Shown here piece after piece: positions 12,330 to 20,000 of a DNA stretch of 20,000 nt. Location of the stretch: positions 985,424-1,005,423 of the forward strand of contig ML992512.1 in assembly GCA_010093995.1 (NCBI GenBank), given 5' to 3'. Made by a program: the position numbers and the translations under genes. The notes beneath the pieces were generated by a model. The model had not been told where the DNA came from and searched no databases. It saw nothing but the letters and a program-made list of their open reading frames with translations. Each line of letters opens with the position of its first letter. The first letter of the stretch is position 1. This DNA is from Elsinoe ampelina. Lineage: Eukaryota.

Positions 12330-12699
12330 TTCGTCGACTGTCTGCCTGGACGACCATCACACTCGTCTGATCTGCTTTTCATATCGTCTTGGAAAAAGGC
12401 TCTCTCGATTGTCAGATCTCCTCCACCCCGGGACTGACTCGCAAGCTCAACGGTTCGTGGGGTCCCCGCAGATCTCCTCCACTTTGTCTAACTTTCCTGT
12501 GAGACATCGGTTAGCATCAGCCACAGGCGATTGTCGCGTGACTGAGAAGGCTCGATGTTTGGAGAGCACTCCACATGGCTCTTTCTATATGACCATGCCG
12601 CACGCCCTTTGATCGACCAACATCGAGTCATCCCATTCCACATATCTTCTATCATCTCTAGTCTTCATTGATCAAGATCTTTTTCCTCTCTGCGTCGCC
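12330..12699. promoter_or_regulatory. Bidirectional promoter with an exact 14-bp direct repeat and CreA-consensus sites
   Basis: CAGATCTCCTCCAC occurs at 12413-12426 and 12469-12482. SYGGRG matches lie on the minus strand at 12421, 12464, 12477 and 12569. Confidence 0.5.
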
Positions 12700-14424
12700 A
12701 TGACTGGTGTTACCAAACAGAGAGCCTCAGAAGAGGTGACCCAAGTCAACACGCTTGGTCACCTACGCCTTCGCCATGAGCTTACCAATGAGATCATCCT
12801 CATTCCTACACCATCCAATGATCCCAATGATCCTCTCAACTGGTAAACAAGCTCTTGTCGATAGTGAAGTCAGCTTACTCTAGCAGGTCGAAGCGGCACC
12901 GCGTTTACATTGCGTTACTGGTCTCTCTGGCAATGTTTTTCTGCAACTTTCTTGCCGCCGGACCGTCTGTTGCCATCGTCAACATTGTTATCGATTACTT
13001 CGGCACGCCGCCAATGACCCCCGGGTTTCCGGCCGCTATCGCAAAGACCGCGTACCTCTTCACTACTACTGCACTGCTGCAAGGCATGGGGAATCTCATC
13101 TGGATGCCATTCATCATCAAATATGGCCGTCGACCCATGTATATCATATCATTCACCGGTTACGCCGTGTGTGCCCTTTGGTCTGGATTGTCCAAGAGTT
13201 ACGAGAGCGAGCTGGCGTCTAGGATCATTTTGGGATTCTTTGCAGGATCAGCTGAATGCATTGCACCTCTCACCATCTCCGACATCTTTTTCTTACATGA
13301 GCGTGGATTCTACATGGGGTAAGTCTTTACGGTATTACACAACATGCACGGGTGCTTTCATGCAGAGAATGTACAAATCGCTAACACCGAAAAGGATGTA
13401 CACAGTGGCACTTTCACTTGGCGTCTCTGGAGGTGTTATCATCTCTGGTTTGATCACAATCAATCTGAGCTGGCGGTACATCTATTACGTGGCCGCGGCT
13501 CTCATTGGTGCTTTGACCATTCTTGTCTTTTTCACCCTTCCAGAGACGGACTTCAAACGCGATCCGACCACGAGGACTATCCGTAACATCGAGTCAAAGG
13601 AGGTCGAAATAACAGAGCATGTAGAGGGACTGCCTGATACCAACCCCAGGCAATCTTTTGTGCAGCGTCTGCGCGTATTCCATGGACCCTTCACCAATGA
13701 GTCACTTTGGCGCATCTTCTACCGACCTATCGTCTTACTGGCGCTCCCACCTGTCCTGTGGGCAACCCTGATTATGTCTGTCACAATTGGATTTTTGGTC
13801 GCTATCTCGTCCAATTTTGCGTCCGCTTTCGCGCAAGTGTATGGGTTTAAGCCGTATCAATCCGGTCTCTGCTTCATCTCAGGATTCATCGGCACTCTGT
13901 TCGGTATCTTCGGCGGTGGTCAAGTCTCGGACTGGGTGGCCGATTACTTTACTCGCCGCAACGGAGGGATTCGCGAGCCGGAAATGCGTCTGCCAGCCAT
14001 GACACTGGGCTTGATCTGCACCCCTGTAGGTCTGGTGCTGTACGGTGTGGGCATTGAGAAACAGCTTCACTGGATTGTCGCAACCCTCGGTCTTGGGTTT
14101 CTCAGCTTTGCTATTGCGCAAACAACGAACGTCTCCCTGGTCTACATTATCGACTCGTACAGACCGATCGCTGGTGAAACTGTCGTTACTCAATTGGCTT
14201 TCAAGTCTGCATTCGGATTCCTTCTTTCCTTCTACACGAACCCCTGGATCGAAAAGGCTGGGTATGCCAATGCCTTTGGTGCCATGGCCGGAATTGCAGG
14301 GGGGGTGATCTTGCTTTGGGTACCCTTCTATATCTGGGGAAGGCAAATCCGTGTGGCAACACTCAAATGGAGGGTCATGACAAACCTGGCAGGATGGGAT
14401 GAGGATAGAGAGGTCGGCGAGTAG
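12700..14424 (+). CDS. MFS transporter (DHA1/HOL1-like, ~534 aa)
   Basis: Exons 12700-12842, 12887-13318 and 13395-14424. Motifs LIPTPSNDPNDPLNW, KYGRRP, ISDIFFLHERG, LPET and GIREPEMRL. Confidence 0.92.
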
Positions 14425-15078
14425 GGGAGGCTTGCGGGCCCTTGATATATCATCTAGCCAACGCGACGAACAGGGATACACGGAGTTCAATGGACCAACA
14501 GCCCAGTACTTGCTACAGATATTGGATTCAGCGCTTTACTTGCTCGTGAAAACCTCTTTCATGTAGATCGTTGGTGATGTATGATAAAGCAAGCAGCCGG
14601 ACGCTCTCATCACACCTGAACGAGGGGATCGCGTGAGCGCATGCTCGACGAGGCTTAACGTGAGAGGACCATTGTAACCCTGGGGTGTCGCACGCATCTG
14701 CACGAAATGTGGTCCCGGTCAATGCCACGCGGTTCTCATGGGAGGCGTTTTTAGACTTCTGCATGCCTTGCGAGCGTTTGTTGAACCATGTTTTGACATC
14801 GGGCCCACATGTTCACCCCGCGTCCCAAACAATCAATTTCCATCTCCCTCTTCCTCTCCAACGACCACGACTTCGGATTGCATACTCTGTGGGCACCAAC
14901 AATCCGCTCTCCACCCACAAGCACACTTCTTGACCTCATCTTCGCGATTCTTGGGGGACCACATGCCCGGGCGGGCTCTCCACCTGTGGAGGTAAGATGG
15001 GATTGAACATCCGGGTCCGCGAGCAAGGAGAAGAGCAGGAAGAACAAGGACAACTGAGATTGTAGCAAGCTGGAAATC

Positions 15079-15900
15079 ATGGAAGCATTGGATAACGCCG
15101 TCGCCATCAACAGTCGGGACACCGATCTTCAGGCCGTCAACTTGCAGTCGTTGACAGGCAAAATCGCAGTCATCAGCGGGTCAAGCTCTGGCATTGGCAA
15201 AGCGATTGCCATCGAACTTGCCAGTCGCGGCGCGTCTACAGTCATCAACTATCCGTTCGAAACCCTCAAGGATGAAGCGGCGGCGGTATTACCTCGTCTA
15301 GCGGTCCCTGGGATAGCTGTCTGCGCCGACATATCAACCATTGACGGTCCAAGAATCCTGATCGAGGCGGCCGTGAAAGCGTTTGGGAAAGTCGACATTA
15401 TCGTCAACAACGCAGCGATTGCTGTCAACAAACCTTTCGAAGAACAAACCCTTGCCGACTGGGATCTACTTGTCAACCTCAATGGGCGGGGGACATTCCT
15501 GCTCACCCAACACGCACTTCCTCATATGCCTCGCCCCGGTGGTCGAATAGTCAACATATGCAGCGCTTCGTCTCGTGGGCCGCCGCCATGGCAGACTATC
15601 TACGCCGGGACAAAGGGTATGGTCGACAGCTTCACCAAAGTGTGGGCCAAAGAGCTTGCGGAGAAGTACGGCTGCACAGTCAACAGTGTGAGTCCGGGAC
15701 CGACCAGGACAGAGGGGTTTGCAAATGCGGGCGAAGAGGTCATGAAGTTTCTACAACCCACCATTGACGCCACACCGGCAGCGAGACGGATGGGGGAAAC
15801 TACGGAAATAGCGTATGCGGTGGCTATGCTGTGCGAGGAGCGAGCGAGGTGGCTCAATGGACTGCATCTGCATGCTAATGGAGGTCTTCTCATTGATTGA
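15079..15900 (+). CDS. Classical short-chain dehydrogenase/reductase
   Basis: Intronless 273 aa ORF with SGSSSGIG, VNNAA, catalytic YAGTK, VNSVSPGPT and a C-terminal NGG. Confidence 0.93.
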   Translation: MEALDNAVAINSRDTDLQAVNLQSLTGKIAVISGSSSGIGKAIAIELASRGASTVINYPFETLKDEAAAVLPRLAVPGIAVCADISTIDGPRILIEAAVKAFGKVDIIVNNAAIAVNKPFEEQTLADWDLLVNLNGRGTFLLTQHALPHMPRPGGRIVNICSASSRGPPPWQTIYAGTKGMVDSFTKVWAKELAEKYGCTVNSVSPGPTRTEGFANAGEEVMKFLQPTIDATPAARRMGETTEIAYAVAMLCEERARWLNGLHLHANGGLLID

Positions 15901-16251
15901 TAGACAAAATAAAGAATCGTATGCCTTGCATCTTGTGTCTTATCGTCACGCTGATGCTGTAGGGAATGTTACCTGAACTGCTGAGGTGGGCCGCGGAGGA
16001 CCACTAAGGGCCAGCTGGGCCGATCATACTGTACTGCTGCATTGCTACCAAGATATGTCATTTGCCGGATATGAATGTTCGTGTATCGTCCGATCCACTG
16101 TGCCCAACAACCCCGACACTCCCACTCGGCTCTGACCCTCTTCCTGTTCCATCTCCACATACTTAGCGACCAGGGCTTGCCACAGATATCGACCGGGTCC
16201 CTAACCACAACCCAATCTCACCATCGCTCGCGCTTGTTCTTGAGCTTTACC

Positions 16252-16549
16252 ATGTTGCATCTCGTGCTTCTCTCTCTGGCCGTGCTGGCCTTCGCTCTTG
16301 CGGTCAGTTGCATGATGAGCAGAGCAAGTCTTGACTGACCATTCGTAGTATGTGTACCGTATCCTGGCGTCACCACTCCGACGACTGCCCGGCCCCTGGT
16401 ACTCTCACTTCACCCATCTCTGGCTGAAGTGCCATGTCGTCAAAGGCAGACGCCTTCACTATATCCGCGGTCTACACAAGCACTACGGGCCGATTGTCCG
16501 TGTCTCGCCTACCGGGATCGATGTGTCCTCAGGGTTAGGGTTAGGGTGA
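16252..16549 (+). pseudogene. Cytochrome P450, N-terminal fragment only
   Basis: Exon 1 16252-16302 (membrane anchor), intron 16303-16348, then exon 2 with SPLRRLPGP...LHKHYGPIVRVSP. After ~77 codons the frame runs into telomeric repeats (SGLGLG*). No I-helix, EXXR or heme-Cys region is present in the window. Confidence 0.88.
16529..16546 (+). repeat. Interstitial telomeric tract TCAGGG(TTAGGG)2
   Basis: Read directly from the sequence. It coincides with the P450 breakpoint and with a compositional boundary. Confidence 0.8.
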
Positions 16550-16582
16550 AAAGTACATTCAGTGTGTAGCTACCCTGACATA

Positions 16583-17659
16583 CATGTCCAAATCGGTGGC
16601 AAACAGCAATCACGCAACGAAAACAAATCCTATCTAAACCAAATTTTTACTATATTAAATGTACCTCTTTTCTTATAGAACGTAGCAAAAATTATCTAAA
16701 TCTAATATTAATTGACTAAGATATTAGCGTTTCTAGTTAATACTATATCCTACCTAATTCTATACTCTTATATAAACTAGGTTCGTAGATAAGTAGCCTA
16801 TAAGCTAGTTCTACGTATAGTAAGATAAGGAATATTAAATTTCCTTAAACGCCGCTACTAATTTATACTTTAATAGTCTCTCTTAGCTAAGAATAAAAAG
16901 GTAAAAGCTATACTTTAAAAGGATATATTTATACTATTTCTTAGTCTCTACTATAGTAAGAGTTAAGTCCGGTGTAGCTCTAGTCTTTTCCCTTACTAGG
17001 GAGACTACTATAATATTATAGAAAGTTATTCCTATTAGTATATTAACTTTAATATCTATCTAGTAGTTAGAATCTTCTTCTCTTTTTAGTTTAAGTATAG
17101 TAGTTATTTAGGCAACGAAATTTATTACTTTAGCTAGTACTCTATAGATAAGATTATACTTAACTCTTATCTATTAAGAATAAGTACTATAGATATCTTT
17201 ATAGCTAAAAGTATATATTTTACTATAGTACTAGTAAAGCTCTTACTAGCGCTCTACTAGTAAGAGAAGTTAAATCGAGAGTGCTAACGTAATATTCTAA
17301 TTAGTAAGGAGTAGGTCTTAGCTTATTCGAAGTATAGAGAGCTAATAGAAGTCTAAATAGATACTATTTTTTTATTTTATAGTCTCTTACTCTTTTAATA
17401 GGTTTTAATATATCTTTATTAATCTTATGTTATATATAGCTTAGATCTAGGTCTAGTAGTGTTATTTAGCCTATTTAGCGTCTAATAGATCTATCGAGAG
17501 GTCTATAAAGAGGAGAAAGAAGATTCTAAAGGTTAAGATATTCTCTAGTATACCTATATAAATATAAAAGGTTTAAATTGCTTACGGCGCGCTATTAGTC
17601 GTTTCGACCTTATTCTAGGCTAGAATAGGGCCTACTCTAGCTATAGTATCTGGACACTA
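16583..17659. mobile_element. RIP-degraded repeat, probably a TA-targeting DNA transposon remnant
   Basis: Very AT-rich (sampled 60-mers 18-33% GC) and TpA-saturated. CpA/TpG are nearly absent internally while CpG survives, and there are no ORFs. Imperfect inverted ends CA-TGTCCAAAT ... ATCTGGACACTA are each flanked by TA. No transposase could be read. Confidence 0.65.
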
Positions 17660-18856
17660 TATGTCTTAGGAGGAAGGGTACATTCCAATGGTTTTACTAG
17701 AGCAGGGTTAGGGTATTTTCCTAGATTCTAATGGGATTCCTAACCTCCATTCTTTAGGACTTCCTAAGATTTTTTCCCTCTGAATTTTTCAGAGATTACT
17801 TATATCACCTAGGTCCTCCATGATACTCAGTATCATCTAGAATCATCGAGTATTACTCCCAGAATCTGGGTCATGGTATGCTGGGACTGTCCTGAAAATC
17901 TTTTGAAGTTCCTGAGAAAATATGGGGTAGGGGTCTTGGCAGCTTTGCTCCTGACAGTCAGGAACTCCAGAACATCCCCACAAATTCAGAGAGGCCCAGG
18001 CAGACCAGTAGACAGATATAGAATACATATTGAAGCAGAATGAATTTCCTAGCAAACAGGAGGTCCAAGAATCATAGATGACTCCATGGTACTCAGATTG
18101 TATGTATGGATATCGCTCCTAGAGTTATCAGGGAAATCCTAGAGCCTATGATCCTCGATTGAATAATAGACAACCAGGATCTTCAGTAGAAATACCTACC
18201 TCCCCTCCTGTCTTTGTCTTTTCTAACTACCTCTCAGCATTCCCCCATCATTTTCCGGGGTCCAGGGTTCTCAGGACAGCCAGATTGATATTCAATAGCT
18301 TTTCATGATACCAGATTCAGATCTGGTAAGTAGATCATATCGGCAGGAGTCAGAATGGAATTCTTGAGGGCTCATGGTTCCGCTGGAGTACAGAGCCATA
18401 ATCATGAGTCCATCCACCCAAAGGTTTGGGCTATTGTTCCTATTGTATTACCTATTGTTATATTGCTCCAGGCAACAATAAACTTTCATAAGGAATTGTC
18501 AGCAAGCATTCCTGGTTTGGCCCCTGGCAGCCAGGCGTTGGTTAGTACATCCTGAGTCTCCAGGGATTGTGACCTGGGCCTTTCACATGCTATATTCACA
18601 TGCTCCTTTGTTATTATATCACCCTTTGTTTCATATGCCCAGCCACCTAGCATGACTCACAGATCTCATATATCTCTTTCATTCCCTCCAGCTTTCTTCC
18701 TTCCTCTTCTCATCACCTTCATCACAGTAAGTTTGCCCCATCACAGCCAGATCCTCATCCAGTCCCTTCAAGAGAGTCAAAGCAGCCAGAGATGCCACCA
18801 CAGAGATCAAACAGCTTCCAATCAGCTCCAGAAAGAACCAGCTTTACAGCTCACCT

Positions 18857-18895
18857 ACAGCCTTCACAGCCTTCATAGCTTTCACAGAGCTTTTC
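18857..18895 (+). repeat. Degenerate 9-bp tandem repeat (ACAGCCTTC)
   Basis: ACAGCCTTC ACAGCCTTC ATAGCTTTC ACAGAGCTTTTC, with further CAGCY copies scattered over about 18780-18980. Confidence 0.65.
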
Positions 18896-19163
18896 ACTAG
18901 CAAGAGATGGATATACCTGGCAGCCCTTTACACCAACAAGCCCAGCAGCCTTCACAGCAATACATACAGCTCCATTCAGCCTATAGATCTTATCTCTGCT
19001 GCTTTGACTCTACTGAGAGGCCTTGAATGAGGACCTTTGGTGAATGTGAGCCTTCCTGAGAACCCTGACTGACCATGACTTCCAGTTCTGACCTCCTGGC
19101 CCTCCTGCAATTTTGCCTTCCTTCCTGAACAACTTCCTGAGCCCAGCGCTCCCAGCAACCATC

Positions 19164-20000
19164 ATGGCTCCCAGGGCCTCGCATACTAGGACTCCTGTGA
19201 CCTTCCTGGCTACCACTAGAGACAGGGTTGCCAACCTGAATACCCTGAGTAAGCCCTGAGCCCCTGATACACATCCTGATTTCACTGACACTTCCAGGCT
19301 ATGCCCAGGTTCCTATGACCCTTCCCTTTGCCCAGCAGGTCCAGGCCAACCTCCAGGGACTCAATGTGGCCCAGCGCAATTCCCTGGACGCCCAGGTCAA
19401 ACCCCTGGTCAACGCTGATCTCCAGGTCTTCGCCAGGACCGGTCCTGAGTTCCAGCTCAACCAGCCCATCAACCTGAGGACTCCTGGAACGACCATGAAC
19501 CTTTCTGGATCCAACACCAACTACCTGGTTTCTCTGCTCGTCCATGGCGCTTCTGGGCATACTGTCCACCCAGCTGGTCAGGAGTGCACTTCCTGTGCTC
19601 AGGGGAACGGCAAATACAACTCCTGTGTCACCATGACCACTCCTGACGGCACTGTGCTCCTGAGGGGCTCCTGTACCAACTGTGGCTTCCAGAACAATCA
19701 CCATGGCTGCAGCTTGTCCAGTACGTGTTCCTGAGTTTCCTGATCGATCCTGACTGACATGAGTCCCAGACTACCAGAGAGCTTCCAGACGCCCCTCTAC
19801 TGACCCCACCCCTGTGCGTCCTAGGGCTTCTGGACCCATGAGACGCCTCAGAGGTCTCCTGACCGACGATGAGGCTACCAGGGGCTTCCTGATTGAGCTT
19901 CCTGACGACTCTGACCCTTCTGAGAACCAGCGCGCCCTGGACAATTTCCTGGCTCTCCTGGACGATATCAAGGCTCAGGTGACCACCCTGAGGGACAGGG
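19164..20000 (+). CDS. Three-exon gene for a six-cysteine putative zinc-binding protein (DUF3716-like), 3'-partial
   Basis: ATG at 19164 in a good context (ACCATCATGG). Exons 19164-19248, 19298-19720 and 19770->20000; two 49-nt introns (donors GTAAGC and GTACGT, CTGAC branch, CCAG acceptor) keep one open frame. Motif C-x2-C-x9-C-x15-C-x2-C-x8-C at 19585-19710. The DUF3716 label is from memory of the motif, not from a search. Confidence 0.8.

Larger units (their letters stand above)
16529..20000. mobile_element. Candidate telomere-repeat-bounded, CpG-depleted foreign block (element or captured subtelomeric DNA), right end outside the window
   Basis: Begins at a gene-truncating junction. About 8 CpG in 17662-19163 by manual count and none in 18541-19140. 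Contains a second CAGGGTTAGGGT at 17703-17714 and an intact spliced gene. Confidence 0.5.

Noticed and set aside
16585..17656. Solo LTR interpretation (TGTCCA...TGGACA ends)
   Set aside because: The flanks ATACA and CTATA do not form a 4-5 bp target duplication. The TA-duplication model fits better, though the LTR model is not fully excluded.
18431..18468. TATTGT repeated three to four times
   Set aside because: Too short and degenerate to interpret.
19315..19734. ORF-track 139 aa protein as a complete gene, and as a canonical Zn2Cys6 transcription factor
   Set aside because: It is the middle exon of a spliced gene, with its stop inside intron 2. The Cys spacing differs from the GAL4-type C-x2-C-x6-C pattern.
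16529..20000. MoTeR-like telomeric retrotransposon or Starship captain end
   Set aside because: No reverse transcriptase or tyrosine recombinase sequence is visible, and the resident gene has spliceosomal introns. A Starship cargo end cannot be excluded from this window.

Overview
Filamentous-ascomycete genomic DNA, judged from short GT-AG introns with CTRAC branch points and a RIP signature. Bases 1-16528 are an ordinary, CpG-rich, gene-dense accessory-type region. It holds a DHA2-type MFS transporter (5'-partial), an internally deleted flavin monooxygenase, a secreted tyrosinase, a PTH11-like membrane protein, an M28 PA-domain aminopeptidase, a frameshifted PL1 pectate lyase, a divergent FAD-oxidase/MFS pair, an SDR and the first ~77 codons of a cytochrome P450. 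The P450 breaks off exactly at a short telomeric tract (TCAGGG-TTAGGG-TTAGGG, 16529-16546), and beyond it the sequence changes character completely. A ~1.08 kb RIP-destroyed insert sits in a palindromic TA site, nested in a block that is almost devoid of CpG but is not CpA-RIPped. That block carries a second telomere-like motif and an intact three-exon gene, only partly visible in the ORF track, encoding a six-cysteine (DUF3716-like) protein whose introns resemble one another. This telomere-repeat-bounded, CpG-depleted block is the best candidate for an undescribed element or a telomere-mediated rearrangement. Its other end lies outside the window.
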